Shown here: positions 44,927-55,290 of the stretch, one piece after another
Layout: every line of letters begins with the position of its first letter
Numbering within the stretch: position 1 is the first letter of the stretch
DNA from: an uncultured Chloroflexia bacterium
Lineage (GTDB): Bacteria > Chloroflexota > Anaerolineae > Anaerolineales > UBA4823
Direction: 5' to 3'
Length of the DNA stretch: 64,000 nt
Assembly (NCBI GenBank): GCA_963809615.1
Contig: CAWEKR010000011.1
Span: 50,951 to 114,950 of the forward strand
Made by a program: the position numbers and the translations under genes
The notes under the pieces: model-generated
Database searches by the model: none
Seen by the model: the letters and a program-made list of their open reading frames with translations, nothing else
Told to the model about the DNA's origin: nothing

Positions 44927-45919
44927 CTAGGGGGAGAATGCCGGAATCCCGGCGACGGGTTTGGCAGCCCGGACAGCACGCAGAATTGCCTGGGCAAACA
45001 CTTCGGCGGCGAAAGCACCGACGATATTGACATCTGCGGAATGCTTGCCGGTGGCGAGGCTGAAGATTGTGTCTCCGTCCAGCATGGTGTGAGCAGGACG
45101 AATGGTGCGGGCCAGACCATCGTGAGCCATCTGGGCGACTTTATTCACATTTTCCTTATCCAATTTCGCATTGGTGGCGACTACGCCAATCACGGTATTG
45201 TCGCGGCTGCCAAAACCAAGGGCAGTCCGCCCGATCAGCGTCTGCATCACCTGCAGCGTATCGGCAAAGTAGCCGGGAGCGCCGATATGCAATGGACCGA
45301 CGTCCATACAACGGGCACCGGCGATGATCTGCCCGGTGGCAGGGTCGGTGACATCTCCGAAGGCATTAACGGCGGCAATGGCAGCGACGATCACACCGGC
45401 ACCAATTTCCATACTGGCAGTTCCGATCCCCGATTTCATGCACTGTGACGAACCAAGGATTTTACCCACTGTGGCACCGGTTCCAGCGCCAACGTTGCCC
45501 TCCGCAGGGGGCTCGGAGGAAGCATTCTGGCAGGCAAGGTAACCCATCGCAGCATCCGGGCGGACGTCGGGATTCCCGATACCGAGGTCAAATAGAATCG
45601 CCGAGGGGACGATGGGAACCCTGGCGATGTGGGTATCGAAACCAACGCCGCGCTCTTCGAGGTAGCGCATGGCACCCGTGGCAGCGTCCAGGCCGAAGGC
45701 TGAGCCCCCGGCAAGGACAATACCGTGGACTTTACTTACCAGGTGCATCGGATGCAGGGCATCGATCTCCCGGGTGCCGGGGGCTCCACCACGCTGATCC
45801 ACTCCCCCGACAGCACCTTTCTCATACAGGATAACCGTGCAGCCCGTTAGGGCTGCGTCGTTTTGAGCGTGCCCGACCAGGATGCCGGGAATATCGGTGA
45901 TGGCATTGCGCAGTATCAT
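44927..45919 (-). CDS. P1/S58 family peptidase (DmpA/BapA-like aminopeptidase)
   Basis: NAITDIPGILVGHAQNDAALTGCTVIL...GGAPGTRE and the later GxxxAT..G segments are typical of DmpA-type Ntn hydrolases. ATG 45919 has a GGAG SD. Confidence 0.8.
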   Translation of the reverse strand: MILRNAITDIPGILVGHAQNDAALTGCTVILYEKGAVGGVDQRGGAPGTREIDALHPMHLVSKVHGIVLAGGSAFGLDAATGAMRYLEERGVGFDTHIARVPIVPSAILFDLGIGNPDVRPDAAMGYLACQNASSEPPAEGNVGAGTGATVGKILGSSQCMKSGIGTASMEIGAGVIVAAIAAVNAFGDVTDPATGQIIAGARCMDVGPLHIGAPGYFADTLQVMQTLIGRTALGFGSRDNTVIGVVATNAKLDKENVNKVAQMAHDGLARTIRPAHTMLDGDTIFSLATGKHSADVNIVGAFAAEVFAQAILRAVRAAKPVAGIPAFSP

Positions 45920-45963
45920 TTTCAGTCTCCAGTTTGGGATATTCGCATAACACCCCAACTGGT

Positions 45964-47199
45964 CTATTTAGCCAGTAATTTTACGATCTCAGCCAAGACC
46001 TTATCGGCAACTTCGGATTTGGTCAGTAATGGCAGGGGCTCAGTCTGCCCATCCGGGAACAACAGGGTTACTTCGTTGGTGTCCACCTCGAAACCAGAAT
46101 CGGGACTGGAGACATTATTTGCCACGATAAGGTCGAGGTGTTTGGAGTTAAGCTTGGAACGGGCATTGCTGATCAATTCCTGGGTTTCAGCGGCAAACCC
46201 GACGACAACCCTGGGACAGCCGGTTTGCTGGCGCTGCTGCCGCACTGCCTGGAGAATATCTGGGGTTGGTTCGAGCTCAAGGTTAGGCAATCCCGAATCC
46301 TTTTTGATTTTTTGGGAGGCTTTCCAGGTTGGACGGTAGTCAGCCACCGCGGCTGCCATAATCAAAACGTCTGCCTGGGGACATGCCTTAAGCACGGCGG
46401 ATTCCAGGTCACTGGCGCTGGCTGCCTTGACCAATTCTGAACCATGGGGAGCTTCGAGGGAGACCGGCGTGGTAATCAAGGTGACCTGTGCCCCGGCATC
46501 GAGAGCTGCCTGGGCGAGGGCATAACCCTGCTTCCCGGAGGAGCGGTTGGTGATCAGGCGGACGGGGTCAATGGCCTCCTGGGTGCCACCGGCGGTGACT
46601 ACCACCCGGAGACCTTTCAACGGCCCGCTTCGAGTCAGCAAGTAGCGGATGTACCCGAGCAGCACAGCCGGCTCGGTCATCCGTCCACGTGCTTCCAAGC
46701 CTGAAGCGAGATGCCCAACCTCCGGACCGATGATGATCGCCCCTCGGCGGCGTAAACATTCCAGGTTCTCCTGGGTGGCGGTATGGTCGAGCATGCCCCC
46801 ATCCATGGCAGGGGCAATCAAGAGGGGATGGTCGGCGGTGCCAGGACCGAAGGAGAGCCCGGTTAGGACGAGCAGGTTATCCGCGATGCCGTGAGCCAAC
46901 CTGGCTATGGTATTAGCAGTGGCAGGTGCAATGGCGAACAGGTCGGCAGTATGACCCAACCCGACGTGCAAGACGTGAGCCTGTGCACCCCACAAGGCTT
47001 CATCGGTGAAAGCCGGCCGACCGGTGACTGATTGGAAGGTGAGGGGTGAGATGAATTCGAGTGCAGCCGGGGTGAGGATGACATCTACCAGCGCACCTGC
47101 CTGGGTTAGCTTACTGGCGAGGTCGGCAGCTTTATAAGCAGCAATTGAGCCAGTCACACCCAGGATGATATTCTTTTGAGCGAGATATTTTTCTGCCAT
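45964..47199 (-). CDS. coaBC: Bifunctional phosphopantothenoylcysteine decarboxylase / phosphopantothenate-cysteine ligase
   Basis: Flavoprotein N-terminus NIILGVTGSIAAYKAADLASKL and the CoaB half (VTAGGTQEAIDPVRLITNRSSGKQG). The start was chosen at MAEKYLAQKN (47199); 47232 is also possible. Confidence 0.9.
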   Translation of the reverse strand: MAEKYLAQKNIILGVTGSIAAYKAADLASKLTQAGALVDVILTPAALEFISPLTFQSVTGRPAFTDEALWGAQAHVLHVGLGHTADLFAIAPATANTIARLAHGIADNLLVLTGLSFGPGTADHPLLIAPAMDGGMLDHTATQENLECLRRRGAIIIGPEVGHLASGLEARGRMTEPAVLLGYIRYLLTRSGPLKGLRVVVTAGGTQEAIDPVRLITNRSSGKQGYALAQAALDAGAQVTLITTPVSLEAPHGSELVKAASASDLESAVLKACPQADVLIMAAAVADYRPTWKASQKIKKDSGLPNLELEPTPDILQAVRQQRQQTGCPRVVVGFAAETQELISNARSKLNSKHLDLIVANNVSSPDSGFEVDTNEVTLLFPDGQTEPLPLLTKSEVADKVLAEIVKLLAK

Positions 47200-47303
47200 A
47201 GTTTTTCGAAACAAGCCTCCCGAATATGTCATCCGGGAGGCAGCGAACTTTTTTCCAAGGTTCCACTCCCGAAGAAGGACTTACCAGGGAACCGAATTAC
47301 CCA

Positions 47304-48344
47304 TTATTTACCCAGGCGCTTGCGGAAGGCCTCAGTGAGAGCAGGGATGATTGCAAAAAGATCGCCAACCACACCGTAGCGCGCCAGTTTAAAAATGGGA
47401 GCCTCAGGATCGCGATTGATGGCAACAATGACCTTGCTGGTGCGCATGCCGGCCTGGTGCTGGATGGCACCGGAGATTCCACATGCGATGTACAGGTCGG
47501 GTGAAACGACTTTACCAGTCTGACCGACCTGATGGGCATAGGGGATATAGCCGGCATCCACGGCGGCACGGCTGGCACCGACTGCAGCGTGAAGCACCAG
47601 GGCAAGCTCTTCGAGCAGCTTAAATCCTTGCCGGGCTTTCCAGATCTCGGCTTGTTTTTCGTCCAGACCCGGAGGTGGGGTAAGACCGGGGTTATTGGAG
47701 ACTCCCCGACCCCCCGAAATGATCACGTTTGCATCCGTCAGGCTGACACCGGCTTCACCCGCGGCATACGATTCCACTCGCGAGGGAATATCTGCCTCGC
47801 TCATCACAGGACTCACCCTGGTGATGGTCCCCGTGCGCGATGTATCGAGGGGGAGCTTGTTGAACACGCGCCCGCGCAAGGTGACAAGCTGGGGGCGGGT
47901 TAGGCAAACAACTTTACACAGCAGCTTGCCAGCATAAATGGGACGTGTGGCGAGCAAAGAGCCATCTTTTACTTCGAGGGCGATTACATCGGGCAAGACG
48001 CCGGTGTTCAAATCGATGGCAGTCATGCCAGCCAGCTCGCGCCCGCGGGTGGTGGTGGGGAACAGGATTACCTCCGGTGACGATTCACCTGCCAGCTTAG
48101 CCAACAAGGCAGTAAACGGCTCCGAGCGATAATCATCCAGAGTAGGGTCATCCGCCAGCAATACTTCATCAGCACCATATTGGAAAGCCTGGGAGGCGAT
48201 GGGTTCAACACCCTTACCGAATATCAGGGCGGTGACACCCCCTCCAAGCTGCCCTGCCAGAATTTTGGCGGCCCCGATACCTTCCCAGGAGGTGGGCAGA
48301 GCCTGACCTTTGAATTGATCAATGTACACCCAGATCTTGTTCAT
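47304..48344 (-). CDS. etfA: Electron transfer flavoprotein subunit alpha
   Basis: The C-terminal FAD-binding block ([39 protein letters not shown]) is the canonical ETF-alpha signature. The start overlaps the etfB stop. Confidence 0.9.
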   Translation of the reverse strand: MNKIWVYIDQFKGQALPTSWEGIGAAKILAGQLGGGVTALIFGKGVEPIASQAFQYGADEVLLADDPTLDDYRSEPFTALLAKLAGESSPEVILFPTTTRGRELAGMTAIDLNTGVLPDVIALEVKDGSLLATRPIYAGKLLCKVVCLTRPQLVTLRGRVFNKLPLDTSRTGTITRVSPVMSEADIPSRVESYAAGEAGVSLTDANVIISGGRGVSNNPGLTPPPGLDEKQAEIWKARQGFKLLEELALVLHAAVGASRAAVDAGYIPYAHQVGQTGKVVSPDLYIACGISGAIQHQAGMRTSKVIVAINRDPEAPIFKLARYGVVGDLFAIIPALTEAFRKRLGK

Positions 48345-49120
48345 AGGATCTTCTCCGCCATGATTTTATCTGCCAGCGTATCGGCAATCTCCAGAGGGCT
48401 GGCGCCGGTGATCATTTCGGTAGTGACCTGGCGCTGAGGAGGATTCATGAGCTCAGGCCAGCTTATATTGGCTTTGAGTCCGGTCAATCCTAAATCGGCG
48501 AGGGACCACACAGGGATGACGGCACGCGAAGCCTTACGGATACCCATGAACGAAGGGTAGCGCGGCTCGCCGAAATCCTTGACAATGCTGAGCACGGCTG
48601 GCAGCCTGGCGCTCACGGTGAGCCGGCCTTCTTCGGCACTGCGCTCGACACTGATGGTATGGGCGGCTGGATCAACAGCCGAGATGACTGCCACCAGCGT
48701 CAATGCAGGCCAGCCAAGGAGGCGGGCAGTTTGAGCGGCGGTGAGACCGGAATCGGTGTCTATGGCTTGCCGTCCGAGGAATGCCAGGTCGACTTCACCC
48801 ATTTTGTTGACCGCAGCAGCGAGGACACGCGAAGTTGCCTGGCTATCCAATTGCACCAGGGCATCATCCGATATCAGGATTGCATCCGAACAGCCCATCG
48901 CCAGTGCATGCTTGAGAGCTTCCTTGGAGTTTTCCCCGCCGATGCTCACAGCGATGACAGTGCCATTGTGTGCCTCAGCCTGCTGCAGAGCAGCTTCCAC
49001 GGCGTACTCATCCCAGGGATTAATGATCAGGGAAGAATCACCCCAATTGGCTTTACCGTCCACCGCAACCAGCCTGGCAGCTGAGTCAGGGACTTGTTTG
49101 ACACAAACTACGATTTTCAA
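48341..49120 (-). CDS. etfB: Electron transfer flavoprotein subunit beta
   Basis: MKIVVCVKQVPD...INPWDEYAVEAAL is the canonical ETF-beta N-terminus. TTG start with a GGAGG SD. Confidence 0.9.
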   Translation of the reverse strand: MKIVVCVKQVPDSAARLVAVDGKANWGDSSLIINPWDEYAVEAALQQAEAHNGTVIAVSIGGENSKEALKHALAMGCSDAILISDDALVQLDSQATSRVLAAAVNKMGEVDLAFLGRQAIDTDSGLTAAQTARLLGWPALTLVAVISAVDPAAHTISVERSAEEGRLTVSARLPAVLSIVKDFGEPRYPSFMGIRKASRAVIPVWSLADLGLTGLKANISWPELMNPPQRQVTTEMITGASPLEIADTLADKIMAEKIL

Positions 49121-49322
49121 GACTGACCTCCTTTCGATGTTTGCGTTTGAATTTTAGATGATAATTCTAGATGATCAGCTATCGATCAACAATCCACATT
49201 GTAGACGATTCATTATACAGTGAAATGAATGAAAGAGTGATTTGCCCATTTGATCCATTAAGCTACACGACCTATATTATAATATGAGCACGTATCTGTG
49301 AAAACTTGATAAGGAGGTCAAC

Positions 49323-49547
49323 ATGAACAAGATATTTAGTTTTCTTACGGGTGTGCTTGTTGGAGGATTGGTAGGCGGGACTATTGCCATCCTCATGGCG
49401 CCGAGCTCGGGTGTGGAGTTGAGGGGACAAATCCAGGATAGATCAATCCAATTACGGGACGATATCAAGGCAGTTGCCGATGAACGGAGGGCAGAACTGG
49501 AACGAGAACTTGAAACATTGAGGGCACCTCACCGCAAGAGTGAATAA
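49323..49547 (+). CDS. YtxH-domain protein
   Basis: 74 aa. A Gly-rich membrane-associating N-terminus (FLTGVLVGGLVGGTIAILMAPSSG.ELR) is followed by a charged helix. AAGGAGG SD. Confidence 0.75.
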   Translation: MNKIFSFLTGVLVGGLVGGTIAILMAPSSGVELRGQIQDRSIQLRDDIKAVADERRAELERELETLRAPHRKSE

Positions 49548-49677
49548 TAAGGCGGATCCCTTCCAGGCTGGATTGGGATGGGATTCAATCAACCAGAAAA
49601 AAAATAGCAGTTCGTTGCCGGATGCTGAGAATTCTATTTAAGTTTATAGACTGATGGTGAGCAACCGGGTAAGACCG

Positions 49678-49716
49678 ATGGGGCTGGGATTAATGTCCAG
49701 CCCCATTTTATTTATT
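49678..49716 (+). terminator. Rho-independent terminator
   Basis: ATGGGGCTGG-loop 9 nt-CCAGCCCCAT followed by TTTATTTATT. Confidence 0.7.
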
Positions 49717-49724
49717 CTTAGGAA

Positions 49725-51842
49725 TCAAGGTTGATCTACGCTAAAACGATAGGGGGCTAGCTGACGAGTAAAACGCGTCGTCCCTGACACGACCAGGACG
49801 ACATTGTAGACACCATTCCCAATGGTGAAGGGGATATCTGCGGTAATATTGGGGCTCAGGGTGATGTTTTGGACACTGGTCGTATCACCGACAGAAATGA
49901 GTGCCAGACCATAGGTTTGAGGGAGCACATTCTGGATGCGAGCCCAACCCTCTGGCTGCCAACCGCCAGTATCCGTTTCAAAGTCGGTGCTGTAACCGAT
50001 TTCAGGGATGGACACGTCATCCAGCAAAAAACCTTCACCGGTAACATTTGAATCGGTGACATATTCAAAACGCAAGCGCAAGTTCTGACCGGCAAAACGG
50101 GACAGGTCCACCGTCTCCTGAATCCAAACGGAAGAAGACCCACCTCCACTGGCACCGGTGTATCCCCAACCAAAACTGTTCCCCTGTGGATCGGTGGACG
50201 TACCCGAAGGCGTATCGAGGATTTGCCAGGTTACACCATCCGTCGAAGCTTCCAGGTAGACGTAATCCCACCCATTTTCAATGTCGTACCAGGTCCAGAA
50301 GGAGAATGACAGGGGACCGGATGTGTTGGTTAGGTCGAAGGTTTTAGTGAGGGTTGTGTCTGACTCGTCATTTTTATTGGACCAAAAAGCAAACCCACCA
50401 GAATGGGGGTCCTGCGGTAGGAGTGGGGTCTGGATAGAACCCTCAAAGTGAATAGTGTAGCTTCCAGCGCATTTGAAGCGAATATAATCCACTCCAAACT
50501 GGTGAACATCACGGGTGAGGTTCTCAATGGGGCATGAATTTATGGTTTCGGTGGCTTCTGCACGGGGGGCTCCCCGGTAGCTGGTGTAGCTGTAACGACC
50601 ATCACCAACTTTCGGGTCCATTATATAGTTCGTGACGGCCCAATCGAGGAAGAAACTATCGGCGGTAATCGCCTTGCCCGTCTGGGGGTCTGTGGCATTA
50701 ATCTGGCGTAAGGTGGAATCAACACTGTTCAGGTCGTTATCCTGGTTGGCAACCAGTGTCTTGGTGGCAGATTCACCGAAGCGGTCCAAGAAATAGGTGA
50801 AAAATAAAAAGCCTGCTCCATAATGCGGGGTGGTATCTTCCTGGGATTCATCCGGCCAGTTGTTCAGCTGTAAATCAGGCTGGCTGGTGTACAGACCGTC
50901 AAACCCACCGGAATAGTAATCATTCAGCAAAACTGCCAGCTCGGAAAAACCTTCGCTGACCCAACTCGATTCATTGCGGTCCTGGTACCAATGGATCATG
51001 TGCTGAAATTCATGGGCAAGGATCCCGTAGGTATACGCAGCATCGAGTGGCGAATTATCGGCATTGACGATGAACATTTCGTGACGATTGGAGAAACGGT
51101 TCACCTCGAGAGGGTACTCATCTGCGGACGAAAAGTAGCCGGCGTTTTCATCACCGATGCCACGTGCATACAGGATATAGATATGGGGATCGGCATCAAC
51201 ACCCGGAGTCCATTCGCTGTCGAAAAACGAGCGGTTGGTGGGGTAGATTTGGTATTCAAAGGCATCTGCCAGGTCACGCAGATCGCGGTTATTGAAGCGC
51301 ACACCATCTTCGATCCAGAAATAGGCATGATCGGTCACGTATTGCAGGGTTGCGTCGACACGAAAATTATCCACTTCGCCATTACCAACCCAAAAGGCTT
51401 GCTGGGATCCCACGGTAAAGAAGGAAGCCGGAGCCGGCTCGGTGGGGGATAAGTCACTCAACCCGAGCAAGCGATGTGCCAAATCGATGGGATCGTTGAT
51501 GGGTATAAATGTGTTTTCCAGGGTCTGAATGGTATCGGTTAGCACCAGCAGCGGAACTGAGGTGATGCCTGGCACAGGGGTGATCGCAACCTCTTGAATT
51601 GCTGTCGGATCCAATGGTGATGCTGGGGTTGAAACGACTTGCTGGGGAGAAGGACGAATTACATATGGGGTTGTGGTCGGTGCGCCGGATTCCACCGGCA
51701 GGATGGGTATATTTGAAGAGAGGGTAGGTGAGACAGCGCGATAAGTGGCAATACCAATCAGACTTACCATTAAACAAAAAACACAGGCACAGGAAATTAC
51801 GATCAAACCAATAATGCAGGCATACCAGCCATTTTTCGACAT
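49725..51842 (-). CDS. Membrane-anchored putative zinc metallopeptidase (HExxH) with C-terminal beta-sandwich domains
   Basis: N-terminal TM helix. AHEFQHMIH (HExxH) is followed about 15 aa later by SEGFSE. The C-terminal region (WDYVYLEASTDGVTWQIL...LRLRFEYVTD) resembles the accessory domain of InhA/M6-like proteases. Confidence 0.6.
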   Translation of the reverse strand: MSKNGWYACIIGLIVISCACVFCLMVSLIGIATYRAVSPTLSSNIPILPVESGAPTTTPYVIRPSPQQVVSTPASPLDPTAIQEVAITPVPGITSVPLLVLTDTIQTLENTFIPINDPIDLAHRLLGLSDLSPTEPAPASFFTVGSQQAFWVGNGEVDNFRVDATLQYVTDHAYFWIEDGVRFNNRDLRDLADAFEYQIYPTNRSFFDSEWTPGVDADPHIYILYARGIGDENAGYFSSADEYPLEVNRFSNRHEMFIVNADNSPLDAAYTYGILAHEFQHMIHWYQDRNESSWVSEGFSELAVLLNDYYSGGFDGLYTSQPDLQLNNWPDESQEDTTPHYGAGFLFFTYFLDRFGESATKTLVANQDNDLNSVDSTLRQINATDPQTGKAITADSFFLDWAVTNYIMDPKVGDGRYSYTSYRGAPRAEATETINSCPIENLTRDVHQFGVDYIRFKCAGSYTIHFEGSIQTPLLPQDPHSGGFAFWSNKNDESDTTLTKTFDLTNTSGPLSFSFWTWYDIENGWDYVYLEASTDGVTWQILDTPSGTSTDPQGNSFGWGYTGASGGGSSSVWIQETVDLSRFAGQNLRLRFEYVTDSNVTGEGFLLDDVSIPEIGYSTDFETDTGGWQPEGWARIQNVLPQTYGLALISVGDTTSVQNITLSPNITADIPFTIGNGVYNVVLVVSGTTRFTRQLAPYRFSVDQP

Positions 51843-51971
51843 ATATTATCCTATGAGAAATTTCCGAGGATGGCGGGATTATAATTCATAACAAAGCATT
51901 ACCACAGGGTTGATATACGCAGGTGCAGTAGGAGTAGAACAGGTTAGCTCTCATACGTTTTTAAAATGAAT

Positions 51972-52000
51972 GAGCGGGTGATGTGAGTCATCACCCGCTC
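51972..52000 (-). terminator. Stem-loop downstream of the 52030..53076 gene
   Basis: GAGCGGGTGATG-5 nt-CATCACCCGCTC, a 12-bp stem. On the minus strand it is followed by ATTCATTTTA. Confidence 0.6.
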
Positions 52001-52029
52001 TATGCTTTCCTGTTAGGACCAAGAGAGTT

Positions 52030-53076
52030 TTATGGGCTGAACGAGATATCGGAGGGTTGAGTGTAAAGCACGACGACGTAATTTCCCTGCGATTTTTTTA
52101 CCGCGACCCGCCACCAGTAGTTTCCAGCTGTGATGTGCGTCCCATCGGTAAGGGTGCCGTCCCACATATAGCTGGTCGATGCCAGCTGGTTAGAAACCCA
52201 GGTCGGTTGATCACTGCCGGCTGGACCGAGTGCAACAGAATACGAGCCTCCCTGGTTATAAAGCGACCAGCTGAATTGAATCGGATTGGAGGCATTGATG
52301 GCACCAGCCGAATAAGCGGCTCCATCTTCTGGGGCAATCAGTGCAAAGAGCATCCCACTGAGGTTAAGGCTGATCTCCAGGTCAGGCAGATCGATTGGAT
52401 TCACATCGGCGGGAAGAGTACCTTCGATCCATCCAATGGAGACAATCTCGGCAGCAGGTGTCAGACCGGGATTATTGGATTGCTTGAAAGTCAAGATGAA
52501 ATCGGAACCAGGTGCAAGGGTGATAAAGGAGTAATGACCGCCAGCAATGGTGGTGGACGAGCGTGCAGCCGTATCATCGGCAAAACTGACGACTACATTG
52601 GGCACGGGTGTGCCATTTTGGACTACACGACCCGTGACACGAACGTAACCCGCGGCGAGGGTACTGGTGGCAGTGGGGGAGGTGCTCGATGTGGCACTTG
52701 ATGTGGCAGAGGGGGGTGTTCCTGTAAACGGCTGAGTCCCGCCTGGCGTAGGTTGAACTGTGGTGGATGGTACGGGAGTAGGAGCAACCGTGCCGGGTGT
52801 GGTGACCTGAGAAGGTGACCCTGAAGGGGTACCGAGTCTGGGGGTTTGAAAGGCAAATAACGGGGTATAAGAGATACGGTGGGTGGGTGTGGGGGTAATG
52901 GGAACGGCAGTCTCGATTAAAACGATGGGAGTGGAGCTGCTGGTTGCAGGTGGAGGAACAAAGGGAAGGGGACCGTTGGGGTTCTGCAGCAGATAGAAAG
53001 AGAAAGCTGCCACGAGCAGCAATACGGCTGCTAGCGCAATTAACAGCAATTGATTGGTAGTTAGATTCTTGATCAT
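52030..53076 (-). CDS. Membrane-anchored hypothetical exoprotein with Pro/Thr/Ser-rich linker
   Basis: TM helix LLLIALAAVLLLVAAFSFYLL. The long PTPT/SSAT linker is followed by the segment VTGRVVQNGTPVPNVVVSF, which resembles a carboxypeptidase-regulatory-like fold. I recognise no family. Confidence 0.55.
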   Translation of the reverse strand: MIKNLTTNQLLLIALAAVLLLVAAFSFYLLQNPNGPLPFVPPPATSSSTPIVLIETAVPITPTPTHRISYTPLFAFQTPRLGTPSGSPSQVTTPGTVAPTPVPSTTVQPTPGGTQPFTGTPPSATSSATSSTSPTATSTLAAGYVRVTGRVVQNGTPVPNVVVSFADDTAARSSTTIAGGHYSFITLAPGSDFILTFKQSNNPGLTPAAEIVSIGWIEGTLPADVNPIDLPDLEISLNLSGMLFALIAPEDGAAYSAGAINASNPIQFSWSLYNQGGSYSVALGPAGSDQPTWVSNQLASTSYMWDGTLTDGTHITAGNYWWRVAVKKSQGNYVVVLYTQPSDISFSP

Positions 53077-53098
53077 TGTCCTGAAGCTGAGATGTGAA

Positions 53099-54049
53099 TC
53101 ATGACCGGCGGGGTCCGGCGAATTTATTGGCTCTCAAGGCGTTGGCAGTCAAGGCGATTACCAGCTTGAGACCCATCAGGAAATAATAAAACCAATTAAA
53201 CAGGAAGAAATAATCCCTGGCCAGGTTTTTACGGTAATACAGGAAATAAGAACGGTGCCACTCATAGATTGACCGGTACGGTTGGACGCGCGACCCGCCC
53301 TGACCCCCAAAATGAATGATTTGGGCTGCGGGAAGGTAGACTACCTTCCAACCACTTTTTTTTGCCTGAAAGCAGTAATCCGCGTCCTCCTGATAAGCAA
53401 AAAAACGCTCATCCAGATAACCAATTTGCTCGCTCACCTGCCGGCGGATGAGCATACATGAGCCAGAGATTCCGTCCACCTCATGGGTCTCATCCTCAGC
53501 AAGATAATTCAGCAGGTAACCGCCGAAGAATTTACTATGTGGGAACATGGTAGAGAGACCGGAGAAATAGCTAAAAGCAGCCCAGGGACGTGATACCCCC
53601 CTCCGGCAGGCTTTCTGCAGGCTGCCATCCCGGTTCAAAACCTTCGGTCCACAAATACCCACCTCGGGGTTAGATTCCACGTAGTCAACCAGCTCGTTGA
53701 TAGCGCCCGGTAGGACGATCGTATCGGGGTTGAGCAAGAGCATATATTTACCCAGGCTGGCTTTAAGCGCCTGATTGATGGGACGGGCAAAGCCGAGGTT
53801 GGCGTCGTTTTGGATCAGTTTCGCTGCGGGAAATTCAGACCGGAGCATATCTATGGTGCCGTCGGTGGAGCCGTTATCGACTACGATCAGCTCAATGTTC
53901 AATATTGACCGCCCAACCGGTTGGTCAGCAGCGATCGGTTGAGCAGCGATAATATTTAACTGGGAGGACTGCTCGAAGATCGAACGCAGGCAATTCTTTA
54001 GATAATCGCAGGCATTAAGAGTGGCGATACAGATGGAGACTTCTATCAT
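53099..54049 (-). CDS. Family 2 glycosyltransferase
   Basis: VSICIATLNACDYLKNCLRSI...LIVVDNGSTDGT...LLLNPDT: GT-A fold with the DxD-like NPD motif. Its length is typical of rhamnosyl/GT2 enzymes. Confidence 0.8.
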   Translation of the reverse strand: MIEVSICIATLNACDYLKNCLRSIFEQSSQLNIIAAQPIAADQPVGRSILNIELIVVDNGSTDGTIDMLRSEFPAAKLIQNDANLGFARPINQALKASLGKYMLLLNPDTIVLPGAINELVDYVESNPEVGICGPKVLNRDGSLQKACRRGVSRPWAAFSYFSGLSTMFPHSKFFGGYLLNYLAEDETHEVDGISGSCMLIRRQVSEQIGYLDERFFAYQEDADYCFQAKKSGWKVVYLPAAQIIHFGGQGGSRVQPYRSIYEWHRSYFLYYRKNLARDYFFLFNWFYYFLMGLKLVIALTANALRANKFAGPRRS

Positions 54050-54132
54050 GATGAGCGACTATGTTGGCAATAGGAAAAATGAGTGTCGATTGGGAAGGTA
54101 TCCGAATACTTATCAGGATTTCACTCGAATTA

Positions 54133-55290
54133 TCAGGCACCTGCGTGCAGGATGGCATTGGCGATGCGGGGGGCGGCTTGACCATCGCCATAGGGGTTAA
54201 CCGCATGCGCCATCTGTGCATATGCCTGGGGGTCATCCAAAAGCCGGCGTGCCTGTGAGATGATCTCTAGCGTATCTGTGCCCACAAGGCGGACAGTGCC
54301 TGCCTGGACGCCTTCAGGACGTTCGGTGACCTGCCGCAAGACCAATACCGGGACACCGAATGCTGGTGCTTCCTCCTGAAGACCGCCAGAATCGGTTAAA
54401 ACGAGACTGGCATGCTTCATTAGCTGGACCATGGGGAGATAATCGAGCGGCTCCAGCAGGCGGATGTTGGAGATACCGCCTAATATCCGATGGACCGGCT
54501 CCTGGACATTCGGATTCAGGTGTACCGGATATACAATGCAAACCGAGTCGCGGTAGATTTCAGCGAGCTGTTTCAGGCTGGAGCATATACGCTCCAAGGG
54601 TGCACCGAAGTTTTCGCGCCGGTGGGCGGTGACCAAAACTAAACGCGGGCTGCCGGCAGCTTTCACTGAAGTTTCAGGCAGTTGGAACGGCAAATCGATG
54701 CGCTTGAATAAATCGAGCACCGCAGGGGTAGGTGGCATCTTGACGACTACCTGTAGGGCATCGATAACCGGGTTGCCAGTAACAAGGATCTGATGAGACG
54801 GTACATTCTCACGCAGGAGATTTTGCCGGGCCCAATCGGTGGGGGCAAAATGCAAATCAGCCGACACGCTGGCAAGGCGGCGGTTCATCTCCTCCGGGAA
54901 TGGCTGCCATTTATCATGGGTACGCAGACCAGCTTCCACGTGCCCAATGTGGATATGGCGGTAAAAGGCAGCAATTGATGAAGCCATTACTGTGGTAGTG
55001 TCTCCCTGGACCAGGATCCAATCCGGTTTAAGGCGGGCAAGTACAGGGTCGAGGTGGGTAAATATCTCGGCGGTCAGCGAGGCCAGGTCTTGATCTGGCT
55101 GCATCAGGTTGAGATCCACATCCGGATGAATATCGAACAAGCCCAGCACCTGGTCGAGCATCTGGCGATGTTGGGCGGTGACACAAACGTGTGAAGTGAT
55201 CCCGGCAGTACCTGCCAGTGCCTTGATAACGGGTGCCATTTTCACAGCTTCGGGTCGAGTTCCGAAGATTGACAGTACCCGCAGGGTCAT
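54133..55290 (-). CDS. wecB: UDP-N-acetylglucosamine 2-epimerase (non-hydrolysing)
   Basis: RVLSIFGTRPEAVKMAPV, HVEAGLRT and DSGGLQEEAP are canonical WecB/MnaA motifs. ATG 55290 overlaps the rmlD stop (ATGA). Confidence 0.9.
   Translation of the reverse strand: MTLRVLSIFGTRPEAVKMAPVIKALAGTAGITSHVCVTAQHRQMLDQVLGLFDIHPDVDLNLMQPDQDLASLTAEIFTHLDPVLARLKPDWILVQGDTTTVMASSIAAFYRHIHIGHVEAGLRTHDKWQPFPEEMNRRLASVSADLHFAPTDWARQNLLRENVPSHQILVTGNPVIDALQVVVKMPPTPAVLDLFKRIDLPFQLPETSVKAAGSPRLVLVTAHRRENFGAPLERICSSLKQLAEIYRDSVCIVYPVHLNPNVQEPVHRILGGISNIRLLEPLDYLPMVQLMKHASLVLTDSGGLQEEAPAFGVPVLVLRQVTERPEGVQAGTVRLVGTDTLEIISQARRLLDDPQAYAQMAHAVNPYGDGQAAPRIANAILHAGA

Noticed and set aside
49121-49322. Direct repeat TAGATGAT...TAGATGAT, and TATAAT-like elements between etfB and the YtxH gene
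   Set aside because: These are short 8-nt repeats in AT-rich DNA. The candidate -35 elements are poor on both strands, which is not sufficient to call operators or promoters.
52057-52701. 214-aa plus-strand ORF
   Set aside because: It lies antisense to the 52030..53076 PT-rich exoprotein gene. It has no RBS and no motifs.
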